Shown: positions 20,273 through 30,378, counted from the stretch's first letter. The stretch: 64,000 nucleotides of DNA from Candidatus Yanofskybacteria bacterium RIFCSPHIGHO2_01_FULL_41_26 (GCA_001794055.1 MGJB01000001.1:7457-71456); one strand, 5' to 3'. Notes: generated from the letters alone by a model not told the origin. Translations and numbers: made by a program.

Positions 20273-20352
20273 TATGTTATAATTGAGAGCGAGGAGTAAA
20301 GCGTAAGCTTGCTTATGCTTTATCCGAGTGAACAAATTATACAAAGTATAAT
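20273..20352 (+). repeat. Module G, free-standing copy
   Basis: TTATAATT..GCGAGGAG-hairpin-TCCGAGTG..ATACAAAGTAT resembles 30172-30246 and 42872-42944. Confidence 0.65.
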
Positions 20353-20370
20353 CTCTTAAACTAAAACGCC

Positions 20371-20472
20371 GCTCGTTTGGCCAAATTCAAGGCAAAAGCG
20401 AGGATCGAACTGAGTCATAGATAGCTATGACGAAGGAGGACCGGAGCTTTTAACGAAGAAGTTGGTCAGAGC
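20371..20472 (+). repeat. Structured intergenic repeat family E, copy 1
   Basis: TTGGCCAAATTC...GAAGGAG..CGGAG.TTTTAACGAAGAAGTTGGTCA shared with 61731-61833. Confidence 0.85.
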
Positions 20473-20524
20473 ATTGCGTCCGGCCGTAAGTAATAGGCCG
20501 AGCAATGCGAACGAGCAAGTTTTT

Positions 20525-22855
20525 ATGGCTGATTTTAAAGCTAACAATATAATAATACCGGAACAACTTCCGCTTATAGCTCTCAAGAATACCGTCTTGT
20601 TTCCAAAAGTGGTTATTCCGCTTATAGTCCAAAGACCCAAATCAGTTGTCGCCCTTGAAGATGCTTTGGCTCATGAACGTCTTGTGTTTTTTGTTACTCA
20701 AAAAAACATCGAAGATAATATTGGCCGAAAAGACATCTTTACGGTGGGCACTATCGGCAGAATAGTTTCTGTTTTTAAACTGCCTGACGGATCTTCTAAG
20801 GTTGACGTGGAAGGGTTAGTCAGGGCGCGAATAACTGATTTTTTGAGCGAAGAACCATTCTTTAAAGTTAAGACCGAACCGTTTAATTTGATCACGAGAA
20901 ACAACCTTGAGGAAAAGGCGTTTTTGAGGCGGGCAATAGAGCAATTTAGAACCATTTCGGAAGCGCGCACCTTTCCGACTATATTGCCGGAAATTATTTA
21001 TATGATGCTTCAACTTAAAGACACCGAGCAGATATTAAGTCTGATGACGATTAATTTAAATCTAGGGATAGAAGATCAGCAAAGCATACTTGAATTAGAA
21101 AGTGCGATAGATTCTTTGAGGGAGATGAATGTTTTTCTTGTCCGCGAGATGGAGATAATGGAGGCGGAGAAGACTGTTACCAAAGAAACCAAAAAACAAA
21201 TCGGCAAAATGCAAAAAGAGCTTTTTTTGAGAGAGCAATTGAAAAGCATTGAAAAGGAGTTGGGCGTGGAAGATGAAAAAGATGAAGTGGATACGTTGAA
21301 ATCTAAGATCATTTCGGCAGGAATGCCAAAGAGCATTGAAGAAAAAGCCGTTAAGGAATTAAATCGTCTCGGCAAAATGCCGCCTTTCAATCCGGAGGTT
21401 TCATATTTGAGAACTTATCTTGATTTGCTTACTGAGTTGCCCTGGTCAAAAAAGACCAAAGAAAAAATAGATCTGAAAGAAGCGGAAAAAATACTAAATG
21501 AAGACCACTACGGACTCAATAAAGTTAAAGAAAGAATTCTGGAATACCTTGCTGTGCAAAAACAAGTCGGCAAATTGAAAGGGCCGATACTGTGTCTTGT
21601 CGGACCTCCCGGTACCGGGAAAACATCTATCGGCCAGTCTATCGCCAGGGCTTTAGGTCGTAAATTTATCCGGGTTTCTCTCGGCGGGTTGAGGGACGAA
21701 GCGGAAATTAGGGGCCATCGCCGAACCTACGTCGGGGCTATGCCGGGAAGAATTATTCAGGGAATTCATAATTCTAAAGTTAGAAATCCGGTGTTTATGC
21801 TGGATGAAATAGACAAGATTGGCATGGATTTCCGTGGCGATCCGTCCTCGGCTCTTCTGGAAGCATTGGATCCCCAGCAGAATCATTCTTTCTCCGATCA
21901 TTATTTAGAAGTGCCTTACGATCTTTCCGATGTCATGTTTATCACGACTGCTAATGTTTTGGATACGATTCCACCGGCCTTGAGAGATCGTCTTGAAATT
22001 ATAGAATTTCCAGGATATTCGGAGGATGAAAAATTCCATATTGCCAAAAATTTTCTTTTACCGAAGTTGTTTAAAGACCATGGTTTAAAGAAAAAAGTTT
22101 TGGTTTTTACTGATTCAGCGCTTGAGGATATTATAAGAAACCATACCCGTGAGGCCGGAGTCAGAGAGTTAGAGAGGCAATTGGCTTCGGTTATCAGGAA
22201 AATAACTCGAAAATTAGTTGAGTCTCATTCAAGCAAACAGATTGTTATAAACAAAAAAGACATCCATAAATATCTGGGTCCGGTTAAATATACCCATCAA
22301 CTGGCGGAAACCAAAGACGAAATCGGAGTTGTGACTGGTCTTGGTTGGACTCCGGTTGGCGGCGAAGTGTTTTTTATTGAGGTTTCCAAAATGCCCGGCC
22401 GGGGAAAACTTATTTTAACCGGCCAGTTGGGTTCAGTAATGAAAGAGTCTGCTCAGGCCGGTTTAAGCTATGCCAGAACGTTTGCCGCAAAGAAAGGCAT
22501 TAAAGAGGATTTCACTAAAGACGATATTCATATTCATGTTCCTTCGGGAGCGATAAAAAAAGACGGTCCTTCCGCCGGAACGGCTATGACCACGGCGTTG
22601 GTGTCATTATTTTTGGGAAAACCGGTTAGAAAAGAAGTTGCCATGACGGGCGAAGTTACTTTGCGCGGGAAAGTTCTTGAAATAGGCGGACTTAAAGAAA
22701 AGGTTCTTGCCGCTCATCGTGCTGGAATAAAAATCATTGTCGCTCCCAATGATAACAAGAAAGACCTAGAGGATGTTCCTAAAGAAGTCAAAAAAGACCT
22801 CAAATTTGTATTTGTCAAAACCATGGATGAGGTCTTGCAAGTTGCCTTGAAGTAG
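20525..22855 (+). CDS. lon: ATP-dependent Lon protease
   Basis: GPPGTGKT, DEAEIRGHRRTY, KDGPSAG and IGGLKEK. Confidence 0.98.
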   Translation: MADFKANNIIIPEQLPLIALKNTVLFPKVVIPLIVQRPKSVVALEDALAHERLVFFVTQKNIEDNIGRKDIFTVGTIGRIVSVFKLPDGSSKVDVEGLVRARITDFLSEEPFFKVKTEPFNLITRNNLEEKAFLRRAIEQFRTISEARTFPTILPEIIYMMLQLKDTEQILSLMTINLNLGIEDQQSILELESAIDSLREMNVFLVREMEIMEAEKTVTKETKKQIGKMQKELFLREQLKSIEKELGVEDEKDEVDTLKSKIISAGMPKSIEEKAVKELNRLGKMPPFNPEVSYLRTYLDLLTELPWSKKTKEKIDLKEAEKILNEDHYGLNKVKERILEYLAVQKQVGKLKGPILCLVGPPGTGKTSIGQSIARALGRKFIRVSLGGLRDEAEIRGHRRTYVGAMPGRIIQGIHNSKVRNPVFMLDEIDKIGMDFRGDPSSALLEALDPQQNHSFSDHYLEVPYDLSDVMFITTANVLDTIPPALRDRLEIIEFPGYSEDEKFHIAKNFLLPKLFKDHGLKKKVLVFTDSALEDIIRNHTREAGVRELERQLASVIRKITRKLVESHSSKQIVINKKDIHKYLGPVKYTHQLAETKDEIGVVTGLGWTPVGGEVFFIEVSKMPGRGKLILTGQLGSVMKESAQAGLSYARTFAAKKGIKEDFTKDDIHIHVPSGAIKKDGPSAGTAMTTALVSLFLGKPVRKEVAMTGEVTLRGKVLEIGGLKEKVLAAHRAGIKIIVAPNDNKKDLEDVPKEVKKDLKFVFVKTMDEVLQVALK

Positions 22856-22901
22856 TGTATAGTCAATCTCGTGTTCTTTTTGAAAGTGAAGGTAGTCAAA
22901 A

Positions 22902-23120
22902 ATGTGTGTTCATGCGTGTCCTTTTCACAATCAAAAAGGCGGGCACATGAGGCTTTGTTGTACCCCGTGTTCTTGTGGACAAAATATAGAGTTTTTTGTA
23001 CTTGAGTTGCACTTGTCTGATTGCCATCGTGCCGGACTTAATGTTCCAAAGATGCCGATAAATGCGCCTCCTCCCAATCGTGTTTCTGTGCCGTTAGATG
23101 AGATCCCGGTCGCCGCCTAA
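22902..23120 (+). CDS. Small Cys/His-rich hypothetical protein
   Basis: Seven Cys; SD GAAGGT; terminator CCGCCTAAAATAGGCGG. Confidence 0.5.
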   Translation: MCVHACPFHNQKGGHMRLCCTPCSCGQNIEFFVLELHLSDCHRAGLNVPKMPINAPPPNRVSVPLDEIPVAA

Positions 23121-23188
23121 AATAGGCGGTCTTTTTATTTGTAAGTGGAGTGCTTGCTTGTTAATTTATATTCGACTATTATTATTTT

Positions 23189-23719
23189 ATGACTCAATTT
23201 TTAGCATATTTGGACTGGACGATGATAACAAGGTTATTGGTTGCAGCTTTGCTTGGCGGAGTTGTGGGATTTGAAAGGGAGCGCTCCGGAAAAGTGGCTG
23301 GCTTGAGGACCCATGTTCTTGTGGCTATGGGCGCTGCTTTGCTGACCGTGATAACTGAACGGCTATTTTTTCTTTTTCCTTCTGTGAATGGGCAAATGGG
23401 CTTGGATTATCACATCATTGCTAATATCGTTGTTGGTATCGGTTTTATCGGTGCTGGAACGATTCTGCGTCGAGACGATAATAAGATCGAGGGTACAACT
23501 ACCGCAGCCAGTTTGTGGGTCGTCGCTGCTATCGGTATTGCCAGCGGGTTCGGATTTTACCAGGAAGCGGTGGCTACTACTGTTATTGCTTATGTCGTAT
23601 TGGCTGGTCTTTGGCTAATAGAAAAATATCTGACCCGGGAACTTCGTTACAAAGGGAGGGGGATATATAGAGAACTCAAACAAAGTGAAAATCCTGGACC
23701 TGAATATACTGAAAAATAG
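23189..23719 (+). CDS. MgtC/SapB family protein
   Basis: GFERE, AGLRTH, GIGFIGAG and GTTTAASLW. Confidence 0.93.
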   Translation: MTQFLAYLDWTMITRLLVAALLGGVVGFERERSGKVAGLRTHVLVAMGAALLTVITERLFFLFPSVNGQMGLDYHIIANIVVGIGFIGAGTILRRDDNKIEGTTTAASLWVVAAIGIASGFGFYQEAVATTVIAYVVLAGLWLIEKYLTRELRYKGRGIYRELKQSENPGPEYTEK

Positions 23720-24842
23720 GAATTTCCTCTACTCTGTTGCTGTTCTGGTGGGAACAATGGTAGGAGTGGGGGTTTTTGGAATTCCTTTTGTTTTTTCCAA
23801 AGCTGGTTTTTGGGTTGGTTTTTTATTTTTAGTATTTATCGGTTTTATTATGCTTCTTTTGGATCTAATGTATGGCGAAGTGGTTTTGAGAACTAACGAA
23901 GAGCATCAAATAACCGGTTATACTGATAAATATCTCGGACCTTGGTTTAAAAGGGTGATATTTTTTTCTGTGGCCTTGAGTTTATATTCTGCCTTGCTTG
24001 CGTATGTAGTTATTGCCGGAGATTTTCTCAACAATATTTTTTCTTCTGTTTTTTATGCTTCACCGGCTTCATACAGCTTGGTGTTTTTTGTCGTTCTTTC
24101 GGTGCTGGTTTTGTTGGGAATCAAAAGGATATCCTGGGTCGAGTTGCTTTTAGTGGTTTTGTTTACAGGGGTGGTTATACTGATTTTCAGTCTTGGCTTT
24201 AATAAGATAAACTTATCCAATTTTACCGAAATTCAGCCGGAATTCTGGTTCTTGCCTTACGGGGTTTTATTGTTCGCTTTTGCCGGATTTTCGGCAATTC
24301 CCATACAAAGGAATATTTTAAAAAACCGAGAAACTGAATTAAAAAGCTCTATCTTTTTAGCCGTTCTTTTAACCGGGGCGCTTTATTTGCTTTTTGCTTT
24401 TACGGTTCTTGGCATATCCGGAAGTGTGACCACGCCCGATGCCATATCGGGGTTGTATGAATTTTTGGGAGGCAAAATTATATTTCTTGGTTCGCTCTTT
24501 GGTATTTTGGCCGTTAGTACTTCTTTTCTGATGCTGGGTTCGGCTTTTTTGGACATGTTTCATTTAGATTATAATATTTCAAGGAGATGGGCCTGGATTT
24601 TAGTTGTTGCTCCGCCCCTCGTTCTATTTTTAGGCGGTCTGCGAACTTTTATTGAAATTATAAGTTTGGCCGGTTCGGTTGCCATCGGGCTTGAAGGAAT
24701 TGTTTTAACATTTGTTTATGTCAGATCAAAATCAAAAGGGGACCGGGTTCCTGAATATAGCCTGGAACTCCCCAAATTTATTTATTACCTCCTTATTTTT
24801 ATGTTCGGAGCAGGGGTTGTGTATGCATTGTTTATTAAATAA
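23685..24842 (+). CDS. Aromatic amino acid permease (HAAAP-like)
   Basis: GTMVGVGVFGIP, LPYGVLLFAF and STSF; about 11 TM segments. Confidence 0.85.
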   Translation: MKILDLNILKNRNFLYSVAVLVGTMVGVGVFGIPFVFSKAGFWVGFLFLVFIGFIMLLLDLMYGEVVLRTNEEHQITGYTDKYLGPWFKRVIFFSVALSLYSALLAYVVIAGDFLNNIFSSVFYASPASYSLVFFVVLSVLVLLGIKRISWVELLLVVLFTGVVILIFSLGFNKINLSNFTEIQPEFWFLPYGVLLFAFAGFSAIPIQRNILKNRETELKSSIFLAVLLTGALYLLFAFTVLGISGSVTTPDAISGLYEFLGGKIIFLGSLFGILAVSTSFLMLGSAFLDMFHLDYNISRRWAWILVVAPPLVLFLGGLRTFIEIISLAGSVAIGLEGIVLTFVYVRSKSKGDRVPEYSLELPKFIYYLLIFMFGAGVVYALFIK

Positions 24843-24844
24843 TC

Positions 24845-25060
24845 ACTCGGCCTTATTGCATTTTTCAGCCCGTTACGATTGCTCCAGCGGCAATCTCCAC
24901 TTGTCCTCACGACGGCGGGTTCTTTAGTCGTCTTATGCTTTGTGTATAATGGTAAATTGCTACGACGGAAAGCCTGAACCTTGAATGACTTATCTTTACC
25001 TACTCCCTCAGAACACCAAGCCCGCCTGTTGCGGGTCTGAAAAATACAACAAGGCCTTGC
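24845..25060 (-). other. Single-copy structured intergenic element closed by a ~24-bp stem
   Basis: GGCCTTATTGCATTTTTCAGCCCG / CGGGTCTGAAAAATACAACAAGGCC; mismatches become G-U on the minus strand. Confidence 0.65.
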
Positions 25061-25114
25061 TCTTTTTTAATCTTGTAGGTTTCCTTGTTCGTCATAAGTG
25101 AGAAAATTAGGCAA

Positions 25115-25162
25115 GGCCTTTTGTTTAACATTTCAACGACTCATGTGTGTGAGCCGTTGATT
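25115..25162. repeat. Short hairpin repeat family H, copy 1
   Basis: GGCCTTTTGT..ATTTCAACGACTCATGTGTGTGAGCCGTTGATT; second copy at 51012. Confidence 0.75.
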
Positions 25163-25370
25163 ATCCTTATTCCAAATAAAAGAGCCCCGCCTGACAAAGC
25201 GCGGGGCTTTCTGTTGTGTGGGGTACGACTCTATCAGAACTTCTTGACGGGTTGCTGTTTGGGACGGCAACCCGTCAAGGTGCGGGGATTATGCCGGCGA
25301 AGCTTCGCAAGTATCCACCGAAACCAGGACTTCTTTGTCTTCTTCGTGTTCATGTCTTCTCCTTGCACAT

Positions 25371-25982
25371 TCAGTGCAGTTCAAAACCTGTTGAAGAACT
25401 CTTGTCGACTAGTTTAACCGATGTCGGCTCCAGAAAATACTTACGTGCGGCAAATGCGGCAATCAAGAAGCTTAAAACTGTGGCTCCTGCGGGATAGAAC
25501 CGCTCCTTGATTGCCCAGCTTTTCCCGCCCGCCGTTGAAAGACAGTTGGCAATGGAGTAGCTGATATAAGCAAGGAAGGGCATGTCTTGGGGTTTCTTCC
25601 ACGCATCGACAAGTTGTGGGATTCCGGCGATGCACATCGCCATTGTGCTTGCAACGGCGGCGGCCTTTCCGCCGGAGAAATACCAGATCATCATGCTTGC
25701 AATCGTCAGCAAGACGACCATTGTTTCAAACCATGTCCATACCGCCCTATTGCCGGTCTTCAAAATGAAGTACACGGTCAACATGCTTCCGATGGTATAT
25801 ACCATCGGTAAAAGAAAATTACCCTTCTGAACAATGATTGTGGCGGCAATAACTGCGTCGAGCGTACCCCACAATGCCCACGTGAGGAGGTTCTGTTTCG
25901 CCTTGCCACTCCTTATCTGCTTCCACAATGGGAAGTAAGTCAGAAGAGCAAGAATACTGCCTGCCCAAACCAGTGCGTTCAT
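25371..25982 (-). CDS. Hypothetical 7-TM membrane protein (PQ-loop-like duplication)
   Basis: Hydrophobic, two-repeat pattern with IPQ..DAWKKP; GC-richer than neighbours. Confidence 0.75.
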   Translation of the reverse strand: MNALVWAGSILALLTYFPLWKQIRSGKAKQNLLTWALWGTLDAVIAATIIVQKGNFLLPMVYTIGSMLTVYFILKTGNRAVWTWFETMVVLLTIASMMIWYFSGGKAAAVASTMAMCIAGIPQLVDAWKKPQDMPFLAYISYSIANCLSTAGGKSWAIKERFYPAGATVLSFLIAAFAARKYFLEPTSVKLVDKSSSTGFELH

Positions 25983-26066
25983 CTCTCACCCCCGAAATTT
26001 TCAAAGATTATAAATTATACCACACATTTAATGTATTTGCAATGATTGGTCATGGTTTAAAAACAA

Positions 26067-26276
26067 AGCGAAGCCCCATGCTAAATTTGTCACATTGACG
26101 AATCGAGGAGGGAGCTGGGGTTGATTGAATATGTATTCCAAAATAATAGGTCGAGCGCCGAGCATCTCGCGAGGAGGCAAGCGTGGGTTACCTGTTATTT
26201 TGGTAAATACATACCAATCATACTGAAGCGTATGACGAAATGAGGAACCGTGACCAAATTTGGCATGGGGTGAGCT
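26067..26276 (+). repeat. Structured intergenic repeat family F, copy 1
   Basis: TTCCAAAATAATAGGTCGAGCGCCGAGC..GCGAGGAGGCAAG..GAGGAACCGTG shared with 29984-30328. Confidence 0.85.
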
Positions 26277-26293
26277 AATGATATAATCATCTC

Positions 26294-27646
26294 ATGGTGT
26301 TTGTGAGAAAATTCGAACAATTTTTATTTTATTTTCTGCTTTTTGCAATTCCGTTTCAGACGCGGAAGATTTTGTGGCATCAAAATTGGAATTTTAATGA
26401 GTGGCAGTCGATATCTATCTACGGTACGGATATTTTATTACTCATTCTTTTCGGATTCTGGATTTTTGACTTAATTAATCCGAAGATAGAGCCACCTGTG
26501 GATAACCGACTTCGCAAGTCGGTTATCCACAGGTTTGTTAAGAGACATGATTACTTTTTGTTTGTCTTGATTGTCGTCTCAGCTATTTCGATTAAAAACT
26601 CTTCCAGCTATATTCTAAGCACCTATAGTGTTTTGAAACTCGTAGAATTTGTTGTCTTTTATTTCTATATCAAAAGTTATGCGGTTTATAAGTTCGGCTT
26701 GATAAGGTCAATGATTGTTTTGATTTACGGAGGATTATTTCAGGCGATAATTGCTATTCTGCAGTTTTTTAAACAATCAAGTTTAGGTTTAGGATTGTTG
26801 GGGGAAAGTGTTATTAGTCCCAATCTGACCGGCATTGCTTCTTTTTATAATATGGCGGGAGAAAAGATAATCCGCACCTATGGAACGACGCCCCACCCTA
26901 ATGTTTTGGCCGGATATTTATTTTTGGCAATTTTTGCTTTTTATTATCTCTGGATTTATAAAAACATAAGCAAGTTTTTCTTGCTTATGTATGGATTAAT
27001 TATTTTGGCTTTCTTTTTTACTTTTGCCCGGGTAGCAGTATTTCTTTTGTTTATAAATTTTCTAGTTAGAATCATTTTAGTGCATTTAAAATTTAAGAAA
27101 GAATACTGGAATAAGAAGTTAGCTTTACTGTCCGTAGTAACGGTTGTTGTTGCTACATCTCTCTTTTTGATTTATTGGTCCGAGACGGTCAGTCGGGTTA
27201 TGATTTCTTCCAAAGAAGAGGCGGTTCAAATGAGGATTTTTTACAATAAGGAATCTTTGAGTTCCTTGAACTGGTTTGGTGTCGGTTCGGGTAACTTTGT
27301 CAATTGGCTTATGGTCAAAGATCCCAATTTACCGCGTAATCTTTATCAACCGGTGCACAATATCTACCTCTTGGTTTATTCGGAAACGGGAATTTTGGGC
27401 ATCTCTGCTTTCCTCATGTTTCTGTTGTTTTTGATCAAAGATTTTGTATTGCGGACACGCATGAAAAATCTTTATAACTATTCGTTTCTTCTTATCTTTC
27501 TCTCGGTTTTATTTATGGGACTTTTTGACCATTTTTTGTTGACGCTTCAGCAGGGGAGGTTTATTTTTTGGTTAACAGTTATGCTCTTGACTATTAATCG
27601 CAAAGATGATATAATGATTAAACAACAGTCAGAACCGACCGCATAG
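26294..27646 (+). CDS. O-antigen ligase/Wzy_C family membrane protein
   Basis: RTYGTTPHPNVLAG, GVGSGNF and PVHNIYLL..SETG. Confidence 0.85.
   Translation: MVFVRKFEQFLFYFLLFAIPFQTRKILWHQNWNFNEWQSISIYGTDILLLILFGFWIFDLINPKIEPPVDNRLRKSVIHRFVKRHDYFLFVLIVVSAISIKNSSSYILSTYSVLKLVEFVVFYFYIKSYAVYKFGLIRSMIVLIYGGLFQAIIAILQFFKQSSLGLGLLGESVISPNLTGIASFYNMAGEKIIRTYGTTPHPNVLAGYLFLAIFAFYYLWIYKNISKFFLLMYGLIILAFFFTFARVAVFLLFINFLVRIILVHLKFKKEYWNKKLALLSVVTVVVATSLFLIYWSETVSRVMISSKEEAVQMRIFYNKESLSSLNWFGVGSGNFVNWLMVKDPNLPRNLYQPVHNIYLLVYSETGILGISAFLMFLLFLIKDFVLRTRMKNLYNYSFLLIFLSVLFMGLFDHFLLTLQQGRFIFWLTVMLLTINRKDDIMIKQQSEPTA
26494..26534. repeat. Hairpin with two inverted DnaA-box 9-mers inside a CDS
   Basis: ACCTGTGGATAACCGACTT-CGC-AAGTCGGTTATCCACAGGT; inverted copy at 50374-50410. 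Confidence 0.9.
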
Positions 27647-27665
27647 AGCGGTCAAGGAGGCAACG

Positions 27666-27917
27666 ATGCAGGTTCCGTGCCCCTTCAGAGGGGATCACTT
27701 CATTGTCCAGGGTCGTATGCACAGCCCCAGTCAGTGCCCGCCGGTACCCGGCGAGCGTGGCGATCATCGCCGTCGTAAGCGGCTTCGCAAGAAGCATGCC
27801 AAACGTGCGGCGGAATTCATGGTCCGCCGTGGCGAAGCCGTCGCGGGGACTGGTAAGCCGTCGGCCAGCTCCAGCGAGAAAGCCGGAGTGAAAAACAAGC
27901 TGAAAGTGGGGTTGTGA
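27666..27917 (+). CDS. Small basic GC-rich hypothetical protein
   Basis: SD AAGGAGG; promoter TTGACT-17-TATAAT at 27587-27615. Confidence 0.6.
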   Translation: MQVPCPFRGDHFIVQGRMHSPSQCPPVPGERGDHRRRKRLRKKHAKRAAEFMVRRGEAVAGTGKPSASSSEKAGVKNKLKVGL

Positions 27918-28117
27918 TGAGCATCAATCGTCGGATGTTGAGAAAGTCGTTGGGTACCCGGCATGCTCGTCGGGAGGGCACCAAGACGAAGGCCATCCGG
28001 GGAACGGGTGGCGGCACGAACCAACGGGTCAACAAGTACCGTTGGTTCAAAAAGTCGCGGGCGGCGGTTCGCCCGAGCGTTCTGCTCGAGCGACTGATTC
28101 GTCAAGCGATAGCCTAG
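27914..28117 (+). CDS. Small Arg/Lys-rich hypothetical protein
   Basis: Start overlaps the upstream stop; terminator follows. Confidence 0.55.
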   Translation: MMSINRRMLRKSLGTRHARREGTKTKAIRGTGGGTNQRVNKYRWFKKSRAAVRPSVLLERLIRQAIA

Positions 28118-28130
28118 AAATCGGCACGAA

Positions 28131-28160
28131 GGGGCGGCGATGAGCCGCCCCCAATTTTTT
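28131..28160 (+). terminator. Intrinsic terminator
   Basis: GGGGCGGC-GATGA-GCCGCCCC plus T-run. Confidence 0.75.
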
Positions 28161-28208
28161 CAAGCGGAGCATTTGCTCCCTTTTTTAATTTAAATTAGAA
28201 TAAAGTTT

Positions 28209-28808
28209 ATGTCTGATCGCACCGAACTTCTAAGACAAATCAAAGACGAAGTCATTGGCCTCAAGGAATCCCCGCTTTACCAGGAAAGAATTAAAAACAA
28301 GGTTTTTCCAGTTATCGGCGAGGGGAGCCACCATGCCAGGATAATGTTCATCGGTGAAGCTCCCGGTCGGAACGAAGCCGCAACCGGAAAACCGTTTTGC
28401 GGAGCGGCCGGGAAGATATTAGACGAACTGCTTGTTTCCGCGGATATAGACAGAAAAGATGTTTATATAACCAATATCGTCAAAGACAGGCCGCCTTTTA
28501 ACAGAGATCCGTTGCCCGATGAAATTAATGCCTACGGACCTTTTTTAGACAGACAGATAGAGATAATCCAGCCCTCCGTCATAGCCACTCTTGGTCGATT
28601 CTCAATGGACTATATTATGAGGAAGTTTGGACTGGAAAATCAGTTAAAGTCCATAAGCCAGATGCATGGTAAGAGTTTTAAAGCCACAACTAATTATGGT
28701 GAAATCAAAATTATCCCTCTATACCACCCCGCCGTGGCGATATATAATAATACAACTAAGGATACCCTGATTAAAGATTTTCAGATTTTAAAAAGTCCTC
28801 CACTCTGA
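28209..28808 (+). CDS. Uracil-DNA glycosylase, family 4
   Basis: IGEAPG, G.PF.G.AG, RPPFNRDP and YHPA. Confidence 0.93.
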   Translation: MSDRTELLRQIKDEVIGLKESPLYQERIKNKVFPVIGEGSHHARIMFIGEAPGRNEAATGKPFCGAAGKILDELLVSADIDRKDVYITNIVKDRPPFNRDPLPDEINAYGPFLDRQIEIIQPSVIATLGRFSMDYIMRKFGLENQLKSISQMHGKSFKATTNYGEIKIIPLYHPAVAIYNNTTKDTLIKDFQILKSPPL

Positions 28809-28810
28809 GC

Positions 28811-29488
28811 ATGGAAAATGTAATTCATTTATTTGAATCAAGTTTCCCAACCATTGTTGAGTATAAATACCTGCTTCTGTTTTTGGGTTCTATCTTTGAA
28901 GGTCTAAACAGCATGGTTCTTGGCGGTTTCTTAGTTTCGACTGGAACGATCAAGCTTATTCCAATTTTCCTGATATTTACTGTCGGTTATGTTCTTAACG
29001 GGTATCTGTGGTATTTTATCGGTTATTTTGCCGGAGCAAAGCCGATTGATAAATGGGGAAGAGGGAAGCCCAAGAGTCGAAAAATAGTAGAGAAAGTAGA
29101 AGAATATTTTGGAAAATATAGCGGTCGGGCAATTATTTTTACAAAATTTACTTTCTCTCTCACGATTGCCACGCTTATAATGGCCGGATCTCTGAAGTAC
29201 GACCTTAAGAAATTTTCTCTGTATAATTTTATCGGTTCAATTGGCTGGGTTTTGGCAACTTTATTTATTGGCTATTTCTTTGGCCAAAGCTACAAATTTT
29301 TCATTGACTCCCTTGTGAACATTACTTATTTGATACTTTTCTTGGGCGGTGCCGTGGCCTTGGTTTACATTTTAAAACTCATGTTTGGCAGTGCTTTTAC
29401 AAAATCCCTTCTTTTGAAAGATAAACTCAAGGAATTCAGCGACAAACTCAAAGATGGGATTGATAAGTTCTTGTCAGACAAGGAATAG
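28811..29488 (+). CDS. DedA family membrane protein
   Basis: LGSIFEG..VLGGF, WYFIG, KF...AG...F..YN. Confidence 0.85.
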   Translation: MENVIHLFESSFPTIVEYKYLLLFLGSIFEGLNSMVLGGFLVSTGTIKLIPIFLIFTVGYVLNGYLWYFIGYFAGAKPIDKWGRGKPKSRKIVEKVEEYFGKYSGRAIIFTKFTFSLTIATLIMAGSLKYDLKKFSLYNFIGSIGWVLATLFIGYFFGQSYKFFIDSLVNITYLILFLGGAVALVYILKLMFGSAFTKSLLLKDKLKEFSDKLKDGIDKFLSDKE

Positions 29489-29490
29489 TC

Positions 29491-29765
29491 GCTCAACCCG
29501 CCCCCATTCTCGGCCTGTTGGATTACGGCCTCCGGATCTCCTGGAGGCGATTCCAGGGCTGGCTAAAGCACAGCCCTAAAACCTTCTCCTTGACGGACAA
29601 ATGCTTAAACTAACCTTCAATTTGCTTAACAAATTTAAGCATCCGTTCCTCCCCGCCAGCTGGCGGGGATTTTCCGGCTAAGATTTATTGAATAAGCAGA
29701 TTATCAATTAATTTGAGTATTATGTTACCCTCGAAACCAAAAGGTCTTAAATAAGCGGGCTTTGC
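29491..29765. repeat. Family D, copy 2 (with extra hairpins)
   Basis: Shared D core; starts 3 nt after the dedA stop. Confidence 0.88.
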
Positions 29766-29983
29766 TTGTTTTAAAGACTGCTTTCGCTAAGATATTTAAA
29801 AAACAAAAGCCGCCTATTGGGCGGTATACATCACTTTTGTAACCACTCTGGACGATTCTTTTCAACCCACACTCTCCAGTTTTCACTACGCCTGCATTTC
29901 ATGGTTTTTCCTGTGGTTGAAATATCGAAGAGCTATAAAAAAGTACTACTCTATTAGACTTATTGTCAACCGGGGTTTTGGTA

Positions 29984-30328
29984 AGCGCAGCCTCATCGCT
30001 TTTATGACACTTTGACGAGGTGAGGAAACAGGTTAGGTTGATTGATCCGCCATCCGCCAACTGGCGGAGGCGGATTGATTTCCAAAATAATAGGTCGAGC
30101 GCCGAGCCGCCAGCCTGTCTGCGATAGTCAAGCAATAGGCTGGCGTAGCGAGGAGGCAAGTGAGGGTTATCTTGTTATAGCTGCAAACGAAGACAAATGT
30201 AAGCTTTACTTAAATTTTGTCCGAGTGGGGCAGATATACAACGTATTTTGGCTTTAAATCAATTTAATTATACCGAATCTGTTCCCCGGAGACGAGGAAC
30301 CGTGGCAGAAAAGTGATGGGGCGGAGCT
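29984..30328 (+). repeat. Family F, copy 2 (expanded by nested inserts)
   Basis: F core plus a CCGCCA..TGGCGG hairpin, an extra stem and module G. Confidence 0.85.
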
Positions 30329-30378
30329 CTGGCCTGTGGATTGCCATGTTGAGGTGGATTTGGTACAATTAATCCTAC

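Noticed and set aside
20462-20524. N-terminal extensions of lon, polX (32505) and lysS (51197) in the ORF track
   Set aside because: The extensions run through repeats or hairpins; downstream ATGs match the expected protein starts.
26494-26534. Replication origin
   Set aside because: Only two DnaA boxes, inside a CDS, with no dnaA/dnaN or unwinding element nearby.
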